DNA of 64,000 nucleotides, taken from contig JACQQD010000005.1 of assembly GCA_016207165.1 (NCBI GenBank), positions 140,088-204,087 on the forward strand. The letters run 5' to 3'. The notes under the pieces were generated by a model, which was not told the origin of the DNA, made no database searches, and saw only the letters and a program-made list of their open reading frames with translations. A program made the position numbers and the translations under genes. This DNA comes from Candidatus Micrarchaeota archaeon (GTDB lineage Archaea > Micrarchaeota > Micrarchaeia > Norongarragalinales > Norongarragalinaceae). Below are positions 48,507 through 57,596 of the stretch, one piece after another (position 1 is the stretch's first letter; every line of letters starts with the position of its first letter).

Positions 48507-50054
48507 ATGGTTTTCATGCTGCAACACGGTTTTACTCATTTAAACGACGATACGCCGTGGATTTTGGCCGAAGACATTCCGGACATGGACTTGTTCTTCA
48601 GCCAGATTTGGATCAAAAGCTTCGTCAACAACCTATCCAATTCCTGCGGCAAAAACTACAAGAAAGTCTTGGCGGTATACCGGGGCTACCACCAACAATT
48701 CTATTACGGCGAAAAAGACTGCCACGATTTTGCCAAACACCTTATTTCCAAACTCAAATCCGAACCCGGTTGGGGCGACGCCATCAACGAAAACATCGTT
48801 TTATTCTCCGACCAATTGGCCGCCCACGCCCAAAGCGTTTCCTCCGTGGACCTCAAATCCGCTTCCAACGCCTACCTTTGGCAACAGTACGAAACGCATG
48901 TGCGCCTTCACACCCAGTTGTACGAATGGGGCTGGCTTCCCAACGCCGTGGACATGTTTTTCCCGGAATTGACCAACCACCTCAAAGCCGTCCTGCGCTC
49001 CCACGCCGACAACGAAGAACAAGTCAACACGTGGTTCGTTTGCCTGACCACGTCGGAACAGGAAACCATTGCCTCCCACGAACACAAAGACCTCGTCCGG
49101 CTTGCCCTCGAAATCCGCAACGACGAACGCATGACCCAACTCTTCCAGAAAGGCACGACCCACGCCATGCAACACACGCCCCCCGAAATCAAGAAACAAC
49201 TTCACGACATTCACTCCAAATACAAGCACCTCCAATTCATGTACCACGGCCGCGCCGGAAAACTGGAAGACGTTTTCTTTGCGTTGGAAGCGCTTCTCAA
49301 CGACAAGAAAGACTTGGCCGAGGAACTCAACCGCATCGAAAACCTTTCTAAAAAAACCAAGGCCGCCAAAGGAAAACTCTTTACCGAATTGAAATTGCCT
49401 TCAAAACACAAGCACCTATTCCACGTGTTCGCGGAATTCATGTACACCAAATGGCACCGCAGAAACGCCCAAATCCTGGCGCTTTACCACTTGGAGCCCC
49501 TTCTTTTGGAAATCGCGTCCCGCTTGGGGTTGACCCTCCAACACGTCCGCACCCTTTTGTGGTCGGAAGTGAAAGCCGGGCTACTTGAAGACAAACCCAT
49601 CAAGCCAAAAGACGTCGACTCCCGTTTCACCTATTACGCCTACTACGTCGAAAAAGGAAGGGAAGCCATTTTCTTGGGCAACGACGCGGAAGCCCTGGAA
49701 AAAAAGGCCAAGACTCTCTTTGTCGATGAAAACCTCCAGGAGCTGCGCGGCCAGACCGCGTGCCTGGGCAAAGCCGTCGGCACGGTCAAAATCGTTCTCG
49801 GACCCAAGGACCTCTCCAAAATGAGGAAAGGCGACGTCTTGGTTGCCATCGCCACGGATCCCGACGTGGTGCCAGGCATGAAAATCGCTTCGGCGATTGT
49901 CACCGAGCAAGGCGGAGTGACTTCGCATGCCGCGATCGTCTCCAGAGAACTGGGCGTGCCCTGCCTCATCGGCACGAAAATCGCGACGAAATGGCTGAAA
50001 GACGGTGACCGGGTTGAAGTTGACGCCACGAAAGGTTTGGTCCGAAAACTTTAA
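48507..50054 (+). CDS. PEP-utilising enzyme mobile domain protein, paralog 4
   Basis: TEQGGVTSHAAIVSRELGVPC. Confidence 0.88.
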   Translation: MVFMLQHGFTHLNDDTPWILAEDIPDMDLFFSQIWIKSFVNNLSNSCGKNYKKVLAVYRGYHQQFYYGEKDCHDFAKHLISKLKSEPGWGDAINENIVLFSDQLAAHAQSVSSVDLKSASNAYLWQQYETHVRLHTQLYEWGWLPNAVDMFFPELTNHLKAVLRSHADNEEQVNTWFVCLTTSEQETIASHEHKDLVRLALEIRNDERMTQLFQKGTTHAMQHTPPEIKKQLHDIHSKYKHLQFMYHGRAGKLEDVFFALEALLNDKKDLAEELNRIENLSKKTKAAKGKLFTELKLPSKHKHLFHVFAEFMYTKWHRRNAQILALYHLEPLLLEIASRLGLTLQHVRTLLWSEVKAGLLEDKPIKPKDVDSRFTYYAYYVEKGREAIFLGNDAEALEKKAKTLFVDENLQELRGQTACLGKAVGTVKIVLGPKDLSKMRKGDVLVAIATDPDVVPGMKIASAIVTEQGGVTSHAAIVSRELGVPCLIGTKIATKWLKDGDRVEVDATKGLVRKL

Positions 50055-50350
50055 GGCTTTGGCACTTCCGCCAACCGTTTTTCCAAGTCCCGGTATTGGT
50101 CTTTTCGCTCCAGAATGCAGACGACGATGACATTGGGTTCCAACACCACGTAGACCAACCGCGAATCGCGTTGCTGGACGTTTAAAGCCACCCGAAACAC
50201 CTTGGAAAAACGGTTCGAGTGGAGGCGCTTGAAGCGATACGGGTTTTCTTGTATCAAATCCAGCTTGGACTGGATAATCCGCTTTTCCTTGTGCGTCAAG
50301 TCCTTGATTTGCTCCGCAAAATAAGGCGTCGCTTGTAAGACAAACGTCAT
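50051..50350 (-). CDS. RelE/ParE-like toxin
   Basis: 99 aa; F...IK.L....I..KL..I.ENP...K.L.....RV......RLVY; downstream of overlapping antitoxin. Confidence 0.7.
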   Translation of the reverse strand: MTFVLQATPYFAEQIKDLTHKEKRIIQSKLDLIQENPYRFKRLHSNRFSKVFRVALNVQQRDSRLVYVVLEPNVIVVCILERKDQYRDLEKRLAEVPKP

Positions 50351-50595
50351 GTTTTCAGCAACCTTCGGAGCTCTTTCTCCGAAACCAGGTTGCCTTCCTC
50401 CAATGACTTCTGAACCAGCTTCTCAACGAGTTCAATTTCCTTGGGCGTCAAATCGTCCTCGTCGTCCAGCACCTTCTCCCGAATGCTGTCCGCGGCCAAC
50501 TCCTGGATGTTGCGATACCCGTACTTGTCGGCGTATTGATTCGCCGCCTTGTACAGTTTTTCCGGCATCTTTAGGTTGACTTGCACTGTTTTCAT
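50347..50595 (-). CDS. ribbon-helix-helix antitoxin
   Basis: QVNLKMPEKL......ADKYGY.NIQE....IREK RHH pattern; ATGA overlap with toxin. Confidence 0.7.
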   Translation of the reverse strand: MKTVQVNLKMPEKLYKAANQYADKYGYRNIQELAADSIREKVLDDEDDLTPKEIELVEKLVQKSLEEGNLVSEKELRRLLKT

Positions 50596-50685
50596 GGAAT
50601 CCTTTAGGTAGCTTTGGATAATTAAAGCTATCGAAAGGCATTGCAAAGGATATAATGTGTTGGGTGTTTCCACTCATTGCATTCA

Positions 50686-51414
50686 ATGCCCAAAACCCAC
50701 GCCTTCTACACGGATTTGGCCGAGTACTACGACGTGGTCTACCTCTACGTGGACTACCGCCGGCACGCCGACGCGATTTTCTCGCTCATCCAGAAATACA
50801 AGAAAAACGACAACCCCAAGCTCTTGGACATGGCCTGCGGCACCGGCACGCATGCGAAACTTCTCTCCCCAAAGGGTTTTGTTGTCACCGGCGTGGACAT
50901 CAGCGAGAACATGCTGGCCGTGGCCCGGAAGAAAAACCCCGGCATTTTTTTTGTACGCGGCGACATGCGAACGTTTGCTCCAAAGGAAAAATTCGGCGTG
51001 GTGTTGTGCTTCCACAACGCCATCCTCTACAACCAGGACGAAGCCCAGATGCGCGCCACCCTGTCCAACTTTTTCTCCGCCTTGCAGCCCGGCGGCATCC
51101 TCGTATTTGACGCCGTAGACAAACGCATCGGCGCCACGCCCAAACGCGGCGAGTACCGGTTCAACAGTTCCGACCTCAACTTGTCTTTCAAGCCCCAGTG
51201 GGCCTACAACGAAAAAACCAACCGACTGGACTTGGCCATCGACTTTGACGTCAACGGCAAAACCTTCCACGACCACCACGAAATGGGCGCCTTCACCCTG
51301 CAAGAACTCAAAGACCACGCAAAAAACGCCGGTTTCGACGTGTTCCTCCTGCAACGCAACTTCGAATTTCCCCGCAAAGAAGAAGCCTTATTCGTCTGCC
51401 GCAAACCCCTTTAA
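50686..51414 (+). CDS. class I SAM-dependent methyltransferase
   Basis: YYD..Y, LLDMACGTG, GVDIS..ML, GDMR, L.PGGIL.FD. Confidence 0.9.
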   Translation: MPKTHAFYTDLAEYYDVVYLYVDYRRHADAIFSLIQKYKKNDNPKLLDMACGTGTHAKLLSPKGFVVTGVDISENMLAVARKKNPGIFFVRGDMRTFAPKEKFGVVLCFHNAILYNQDEAQMRATLSNFFSALQPGGILVFDAVDKRIGATPKRGEYRFNSSDLNLSFKPQWAYNEKTNRLDLAIDFDVNGKTFHDHHEMGAFTLQELKDHAKNAGFDVFLLQRNFEFPRKEEALFVCRKPL

Positions 51415-51444
51415 TTCTGGTTCCGTCACCAAAGAGTTCCACAA

Positions 51445-51553
51445 GCCAGGGTGGCGGAGCGGTTATCGCGCCGGTCTTGAAGGCCCTACGTAATCAAAGG
51501 CCCAGAAAACCGGTGCCCTCACGGGCGCAGGAGTTCGAATCTCCTCCCTGGCG
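51445..51553 (+). tRNA. tRNA-Ser(TGA) with 26-nt canonical intron (51482-51507)
   Basis: Acceptor GCCAGGG/CCCTGGC + G73, anticodon stem CCGGT/ACCGG, CT-TGA-A, long variable arm, GTTCGAAT T-loop, relaxed bulge-helix-bulge. Confidence 0.9.
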
Positions 51554-51619
51554 TTGAGTCCTAGGCTCTGCTCTGCACCATGTACTTTTAAACGGGTGGA
51601 TGGCCTGAATGGTAATGAA

Positions 51620-52171
51620 ATGAAGTTGTCACCCAAACAACGCGAAGAACTGCTTGCGACGTTGAAATCCCGGTTTGAGAAGAACATGCGCCGCCACAAG
51701 GGCCTGGCTTGGGCTAACGTCCAAGCCAAACTGGAAGCCAACCCAGGAAAACTGTGGTCGCTCAACGAAATGGAAAGAACGGGCGGAGAGCCGGATGTTG
51801 TGGGTCGTGATAAAAAGGCGGGCGAATACGTTTTTTTTGATTGTTCAGCGGAAAGTCCTAGCGGCCGACGAAGCGTTTGTTACGACCGTGAAGCGCAGGA
51901 CGCCCGGAAGGAATTCAAACCAAAAGACAACGCCTTGGACATGGCGGCGGCCATGGGCGTTGAATTGTTGACGGAAGGACAATACCGGGAGTTGCAGCCT
52001 CTTGGAGAATTTGATTTGAAGACGTCCAGCTGGATTAAAACGCCGTCGGATGTCAGGAAACTCGGCGGCGCCCTGTTTTGTGACCGCCGCTATGGCTATG
52101 TCTTCGTGTATCACAACGGTGCGGAGTCTTACTATGCCGCCAGGGGGTTCCGAGGCTCGCTTCGGGTCTAA
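51620..52171 (+). CDS. DUF4256 family protein
   Basis: LK.RFEKNM.RH....W, EME.TGGEPDV, DCSAESP.GRRS.CYD, YHNGAESYYAARGFRG. Confidence 0.85.
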   Translation: MKLSPKQREELLATLKSRFEKNMRRHKGLAWANVQAKLEANPGKLWSLNEMERTGGEPDVVGRDKKAGEYVFFDCSAESPSGRRSVCYDREAQDARKEFKPKDNALDMAAAMGVELLTEGQYRELQPLGEFDLKTSSWIKTPSDVRKLGGALFCDRRYGYVFVYHNGAESYYAARGFRGSLRV

Positions 52172-52249
52172 ATTTTGCACGGGGTAACAAAGTAGGCGTT
52201 GAATTCCAGTTTCCTCCCCGGTGTTCAGGTGATTGGGGGTGAGCGCGGA

Positions 52250-52513
52250 GGCTCCGTCGTACATGAGTTTGAGGCTCACCAAGGCCATGGCCGCTAGAAC
52301 GAGTTTGCGGAATGCGGGTTGCGGGATTTTTTCGACGAGTTTTCGGCCCGTCCAAGAACCGGCCAGGGCGACGGCGAAAAGCAGGGGAACGTATGGGTAT
52401 TGGCCGGGTTGCAGGAAGCCGCTGGCCAAGTAGACGGGAATGCGGGTGGCGTCCACGGCAAGGGCAATGGCTGCCGCGGTGGCAGTGTAGGCTTCTTTTT
52501 TCGGCGTGAAGGC
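52250..52513 (-). pseudogene. C-terminal remnant of a TSUP (TauE/SafE) transporter
   Basis: KEAYTATAAAIALAVDATRIPVYL...GSWTGRKLVEKIPQ..FRKLV; in-frame stop upstream, N-terminal portion absent. Confidence 0.6.
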
Positions 52514-52588
52514 TTAAAGGAAGAGGGGCGCCGTCGGCGGCTGTCCTCGTCCGGCTTGGGTTCTCGCTTTAACGGGTTTGCGTCGTAA

Positions 52589-53770
52589 TTAGTTTGGAGT
52601 GACTAGCTTGAGTTTTTTGTAGTACAGCGGCATTGGGGACCCCTTTAGATGCACCGGAACGTATGTGGGGTCGTCGCGCAACTGGCAGAAGTACTTGACT
52701 CCGAATTCCCCGTTTTCTTCCACGGCCACGCCCATCCAGGGAAGGACTTCCGTTCCCTTGGCGTGGAAGCGCATGGTAATGCGGCCCGGGCCGTCGTGGA
52801 CTGAACCGCGGAGGGCGTTGGGTTGGAGGCGGTCAAACAGGTTGACCAATTCAATGGTTCGGCCTTGGATGAGGAAGTTGCGCATGGCCGGCCCGACTCG
52901 GGTTTCAAGGATTCTTCGGTTGAGCAACTCGTCGGGTGTAAGTTCTGCTTCCGGCAAGGTGAATATACGTTCAATCATTTTTTTGGGCAGGTGGCCCATT
53001 TCAAGGCTGGCCAACGTGCTGGTGCGTACGGCATCCAAATGCGGTTTTTGGTCTTCGGATTGAAGTTCGGCGTCGATTTCCCTTTCGGCTTGCGCCAGCG
53101 CCTTTCGGTAATCGGGTTGGCTTTCCAGTTCGGTCTTCAAGTCCATGAACTTGAATTCATGGTCTAGGCCCATGTTCTTTACAATCCTTCGCAAGTCGCG
53201 GGTGTACTCGTCCACTTGGCGCGGCGTGTTCCCAAACGCCTCCATTTGGTGCGCGCCGTCGGAAACGATGTGGATGACGACGCCGGGCGGGTAGTGCCTG
53301 CGGACTTGCTCAATCATTTCGTGGAATTTCGCTAACGCGGATATTTCGCCCATGTCGGCCCGGCTTCCCCTCATTTTCAACGGGTGATAGCACTTGATGG
53401 GAAACGCCGGCAACACGATTTCAATGGGCTCGGCCTGGTCAATGCTGTGCTGCATTCTTGCTAGGGCTTCTTCCCGGTAGGCGCGCACGTTGGACTTGAT
53501 TCTCCCGCCGGTGCGCATGTATTGCTTGTGGGTTAGAATCCAGAAGAGGCGTTCCGCCAGCGTGCTACCCTGGGGCTTCAAGTCGGGCATCTGGCGGGCG
53601 TACATATCCCGGAGGGTGTGCCAATCCAATCGGTCAACCTCAATTCGCTTCGGAGGACGAACGGCTTCAAGAGATCCAACGGCGGCAATGTGAGGTGGCT
53701 TGGCTTTCCCGGATATTCCGCCTGACATCCGGGAAAGGTATCGCGGCTGGATTTCCTGTTGGATAGCCAT
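52589..53770 (-). CDS. isocyanide (isonitrile) synthase homologue, PvcA/IsnA/Dit1 family
   Basis: VLPAFPIK...K..G..ADMGE..AL...YPPGV.I.IVSDG, R.SVH, PW.GV; start uncertain. Confidence 0.75.
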   Translation of the reverse strand: MAIQQEIQPRYLSRMSGGISGKAKPPHIAAVGSLEAVRPPKRIEVDRLDWHTLRDMYARQMPDLKPQGSTLAERLFWILTHKQYMRTGGRIKSNVRAYREEALARMQHSIDQAEPIEIVLPAFPIKCYHPLKMRGSRADMGEISALAKFHEMIEQVRRHYPPGVVIHIVSDGAHQMEAFGNTPRQVDEYTRDLRRIVKNMGLDHEFKFMDLKTELESQPDYRKALAQAEREIDAELQSEDQKPHLDAVRTSTLASLEMGHLPKKMIERIFTLPEAELTPDELLNRRILETRVGPAMRNFLIQGRTIELVNLFDRLQPNALRGSVHDGPGRITMRFHAKGTEVLPWMGVAVEENGEFGVKYFCQLRDDPTYVPVHLKGSPMPLYYKKLKLVTPN

Positions 53771-53834
53771 GATGGTATTTTGCGGCAAGCGTTTTTATTT
53801 CCATTGTTTTTTGCGGCAAGAACGGCGCTGGAGT

Positions 53835-55538
53835 TCAAGGATGCTCGTGGCCCACGTCCAGCCGTTCGCGCAGGGACTGGATGTGCTTTCGTCGCGCGGC
53901 TTTGTAATGGGACGCGCTGGTCTTGTAGGCGCCAATCAGCGTGGCGGCGTGCGCCCCGCCCAGAAAGTGCGGCAACAAAACGTAGTCGGCGCCGTTCTCG
54001 TACAACTTCAATGCATCCTGGATGCGGTTGGCCGTCATGACGATGACAGGGCGGTGGCTTTGGTTTTCGCGGGATTTCTCCAGAATCAGGAGGCTCACGT
54101 CGGGGTCCGGGACGGTGGAGACGACGAGTTTGGCGTTTTTGATGTTCAAGTCGTCCAAAAGATCGATGTCGGAGGCGTCGCCGTACAGGCACGGCACTTT
54201 TTTTTCTTGAAGCAAGCGGATGATGTCGGGGTTGAAGTCAACCACCAGCCATTGGCCTTTGAGTTTCTTGGAGGCGTGAAGCAGGGAGTACCCGATGCGG
54301 TCGTAGCCGATGAGCAGCATGTCGAAGCGTTGCGCGCCGAAGTCCGGCTCGTGTTCGTGGGCGTGGCGTCGCTTGAAGGCCTTAAGCCATGGGAAAACAG
54401 TTCGGTAAATGCGTTCGGAGTACAAGATGAGGTACGTGGACCCGGCAAAACTCATTAGCCCGACTAGGGTGAGCATGGCGGACACCTCGGGCCGCACGTG
54501 GCCGACGGCGGCGCCCGCCGCCACCAAAATGAGGGAGAATTCGCTGATTTGCGCGAGCGCCACTCCGGCGAGAAACGCGGTGCGCGTGGTGTACCCCAAG
54601 AACGTTAAAAGCGCCAAGACGATGAGGGGCTTGCCGACGACGATGAACAGAGTCAGAAGCGCCGCGGGCCAAATCAGTGCCGTGACGTCGCCAAACGCCA
54701 TCTGTGCGCCCAACAACACGAAGAAGGTAAGAATGAAGAAGTCGCGGAGGGGCCGGAGTTTGGAGGCGACTTCCACGCGGTAGGGCGAGGATGCCAAGGT
54801 GATGCCAGCCAGAAGCGCGCCGATTTCCACGGAGAAGCCGAAGTACGAAAAGGCGGCGGAGACGGAGAAGCACCAGCCCAATGAGAACAAAAGCAAAAAC
54901 TCTTGGGATTTGGAGACGGCGCGCGTGGCGTGCGGCAATGCCAGAAAGCCGACGGCGGCGGTGGCCAGCAGAAGTAGGCCGCCTTGCGTCACGGTCTTGA
55001 CTAACACGTCCAAAAGCGCGCCGTTCTGCGAAAGCGGCGCAATGAGCATCAGCGCCAGTACGGCGATGAGGTCCTGGACGATGAGCACGCCGATGGCAAT
55101 GCGGCCGTGCAGGGTGTCCAAGCTTTTCTTGTCGGAGAACAATTTGGTTATGATGATGGTGCTGCTGAAACCAAGCGCCACGGCCAAATACACGCTTTCC
55201 AGAAACGGGAACCCCAAACCCAACAGGATTGCCAAGCCGATGGCGGCGGTCAAGACCACTTGCCCTCCGCCGGTGATCAACGACACGGGACCCATTTGAC
55301 GGATGACGTGAGGGTTGAGGTTCAATCCCACGATGAACAGCAAGATGGCGACGCCCAAGCTCGCGAAATACGTCAGCGCGTCCACGTTGGCGCCGATTAA
55401 ATTCAGGAAGTTCGGGCCGGCAATGATGCCGGTGACGATGTAGCCGATGACCAGGGGTTGCTTGAAGAGGCGGAGGGTGGCGGAGACCGCGACGACCAGG
55501 ACGAACAAGAGCCCCAGTTGCGTGATGATTTCCGCCAT
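53835..55538 (-). CDS. Kef-type cation:proton antiporter (CPA2) with TrkA-N domain
   Basis: FSSTII, QD, GALLAG, LRDFF, QISEFS; C-terminal IGYDRIG..YGDA. Confidence 0.92.
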   Translation of the reverse strand: MAEIITQLGLLFVLVVAVSATLRLFKQPLVIGYIVTGIIAGPNFLNLIGANVDALTYFASLGVAILLFIVGLNLNPHVIRQMGPVSLITGGGQVVLTAAIGLAILLGLGFPFLESVYLAVALGFSSTIIITKLFSDKKSLDTLHGRIAIGVLIVQDLIAVLALMLIAPLSQNGALLDVLVKTVTQGGLLLLATAAVGFLALPHATRAVSKSQEFLLLFSLGWCFSVSAAFSYFGFSVEIGALLAGITLASSPYRVEVASKLRPLRDFFILTFFVLLGAQMAFGDVTALIWPAALLTLFIVVGKPLIVLALLTFLGYTTRTAFLAGVALAQISEFSLILVAAGAAVGHVRPEVSAMLTLVGLMSFAGSTYLILYSERIYRTVFPWLKAFKRRHAHEHEPDFGAQRFDMLLIGYDRIGYSLLHASKKLKGQWLVVDFNPDIIRLLQEKKVPCLYGDASDIDLLDDLNIKNAKLVVSTVPDPDVSLLILEKSRENQSHRPVIVMTANRIQDALKLYENGADYVLLPHFLGGAHAATLIGAYKTSASHYKAARRKHIQSLRERLDVGHEHP

Positions 55539-55624
55539 GCCCCAGCTACGAGTTCCGGCTTTTTCTTCGTTTGCCCAATGCCTCCCCTAAACGCTTAACT
55601 ACCTCGGTGGCCTGCAAGCTGTCC

Positions 55625-56008
55625 ATGCTGGACATGAAAAAATGGCCGAGTTACTTGCCGATGAATCATCGGTTGTACCGCGTCGAATACGCGTTGTTGG
55701 CGTTGGGCTTTCTGGGCTTGCTTTACTGGCGGAGCCTGAACGGGGGGCTGGACGTTTGGCTGACGCTTTTGCTTGTCGTATTGCCCGACGCGCCGTTCCT
55801 GGCTATTTTGCCGGCCATGAAAAACGGCCGCTGGCCGTCCTGGGGTTCCATGGCTTACAATTTCACGCACAGTTACGCGACTTGGTTGGTTGCGGCCGCC
55901 ATCTTGTGGTACGTGCCCACCGGGTTTTCGTGGTGGCCGCTTCTTGGATGGGCGTTCCACATCAGTGTTGACCGCGCGATTGGGTTCATGCTTCGAAAAC
56001 CCGCGTGA
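55625..56008 (+). CDS. DUF4260-like membrane protein
   Basis: R.E, LPD, YN..HS, W..HI..DR..G. Confidence 0.7.
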   Translation: MLDMKKWPSYLPMNHRLYRVEYALLALGFLGLLYWRSLNGGLDVWLTLLLVVLPDAPFLAILPAMKNGRWPSWGSMAYNFTHSYATWLVAAAILWYVPTGFSWWPLLGWAFHISVDRAIGFMLRKPA

Positions 56009-56023
56009 CGGTATTGCGGGTTT

Positions 56024-56386
56024 TCAAAGCTCCGTGTACTTTTTGGAATTGCCTTTGGCTTTTTCCACGGGATACTTTTCCTCGTTTTTTTGGAGTTTGG
56101 CGGCCACGGCTTCGCTTAAGTCAAATTCCATGGAGTCGGAAGCGCTTAAACAGTAAATGACGATGTCGGCGATTTCGTCGCGGATTTCCTGCATTTTGGT
56201 GGAGTCGTCCAAGAGCGCTTGGGCTTCTTGGGGCGTCTTCCATTGGAACAATTCCAAGAGTTCGTTGGCCTCAATGGAAATGGAGGCGGCGAGGTCTTTC
56301 GGAGTGTGGAATTTCTTCCAGTCCCGCGCGTCGCGGAAAGAGACGACGGATTGCTTTAACGTTTTGACGGTTGTGGAATCGTCCAT
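56024..56386 (-). CDS. MazG-like nucleotide pyrophosphohydrolase
   Basis: RDW..FHTPKDLA....EA.ELLE.FQW, EIAD, K...N..KYP. Confidence 0.9.
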   Translation of the reverse strand: MDDSTTVKTLKQSVVSFRDARDWKKFHTPKDLAASISIEANELLELFQWKTPQEAQALLDDSTKMQEIRDEIADIVIYCLSASDSMEFDLSEAVAAKLQKNEEKYPVEKAKGNSKKYTEL

Positions 56387-56411
56387 GGGCTTGGGATGAA
56401 TTTCCGCGCCT

Positions 56412-57020
56412 TTAATTGTCTGGGTTCTGTGGCGGCTGCCAGAAGATGGTAATGGCGGTTGGCGGCGTGCCGTACGTGTCGATGTACTCGAAGGAGGACT
56501 GGCGGGTGATGCCTTCCCCGTAAAACACGTTGTAGCCTTGTCCGCGCGGGAGCGTGACGGTGGCCTGGCCTTGCGCGTCGGTCCGCACCACCCTGTCGTC
56601 ACTAGTCATTGCGTTTCCAAAGCCACTGCCCAATGTCAGCACGCCGTGGGCGATGTTCTGTCCCGTGGTGCCGTTGACATACGTGAGGTTTAGCGTGACG
56701 GGTTGCAGGCCCTGCCAGTACGCGTACCCCGCGACCAGCAACACGATGGCAATCAACAGCACCAGCGCACCTTGCAGGGCGTGGCGCTGGGTTTTCCCGG
56801 TTTTTTCATGTTGTGTCCAGTCGTCGCGGGCCTGGAACAGGCACGTCACGCCGAAAAGCATGGCCAGGACCAACAGGAACAGGTTGAATGCCAGAAAGAG
56901 TCCGTCGGATGCCAGAAAGAGTCCGTCGGTGGCGTTTAAGGAAACGGCCCAGAATAGCCCGCCGAAAAACGCGCCCACGCCCAGGACCGCCAAGAAAAGG
57001 GCGCGGAAAAAGTATTTCAT
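56412..57020 (-). CDS. membrane protein with C-terminal beta-sandwich domain
   Basis: Three hydrophobic segments, then TDAQG.A motif. Confidence 0.65.
   Translation of the reverse strand: MKYFFRALFLAVLGVGAFFGGLFWAVSLNATDGLFLASDGLFLAFNLFLLVLAMLFGVTCLFQARDDWTQHEKTGKTQRHALQGALVLLIAIVLLVAGYAYWQGLQPVTLNLTYVNGTTGQNIAHGVLTLGSGFGNAMTSDDRVVRTDAQGQATVTLPRGQGYNVFYGEGITRQSSFEYIDTYGTPPTAITIFWQPPQNPDN
56888..56929. repeat. perfect 21-bp tandem duplication
   Basis: ATGCCAGAAAGAGTCCGTCGG x2 (DGLFLAS-DGLFLAF). Confidence 0.85.
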
Positions 57021-57044
57021 GAGTGCATCACTCGGAACGCGTTT

Positions 57045-57596
57045 TTAAATGCGTTTGTTGCGTCGCTCAAGTTCCGCTACCACGTCCTGGAGGTCAACGC
57101 TGTTTTGCGCGAGCTTGACCAAGGTAAAGTACAGCACGTCCGCGGCCTCCCAAACGACTTCGTCTTTCGTGCGGGCGTCCACCAGTTCCTGGGCCTCCTC
57201 CAGGATTTTCTCGTTCAGCAACGCCGCGTCGCCCAAGACCTGGTTCGTGTACGAGTCCGGTTTGGGGTTGGTTTTGCGGTTTTGGATGATTTTCTCCAAC
57301 GACGCCAGACTGAACGCTTTGTCTCCGAAACAGGTTTCGGAACCCGTGTGGCATGCCGGCCCCGCCGGCGTGACTTGGTACAGCACGGTGTCCTGATCGC
57401 AGTCCCACCGGATTTCCTTTACTCGCATCGTGTTGCGGCTTTGCTCGCCTTTCTTCCAAAGTTTTTTCCGGGAACGGCTGTAAAACCACGCGAAACCGGT
57501 GGCCCGGGTTTTTTCAAGGGCTTCGTCGTTGGCGTAAGCCAGCATGAGCACGTCTTTTGTGGCGGCGTCCTGAACGATGACGGGAAACAGTTTCAC
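57045..57596 (-). CDS. hisIE: bifunctional phosphoribosyl-AMP cyclohydrolase / phosphoribosyl-ATP pyrophosphatase
   Basis: SRSR..LW.KGE, DCD.D, ACHTG..TCF, SYT, EEA.E, EAAD. Confidence 0.93.
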   Translation of the reverse strand: MKLFPVIVQDAATKDVLMLAYANDEALEKTRATGFAWFYSRSRKKLWKKGEQSRNTMRVKEIRWDCDQDTVLYQVTPAGPACHTGSETCFGDKAFSLASLEKIIQNRKTNPKPDSYTNQVLGDAALLNEKILEEAQELVDARTKDEVVWEAADVLYFTLVKLAQNSVDLQDVVAELERRNKRI

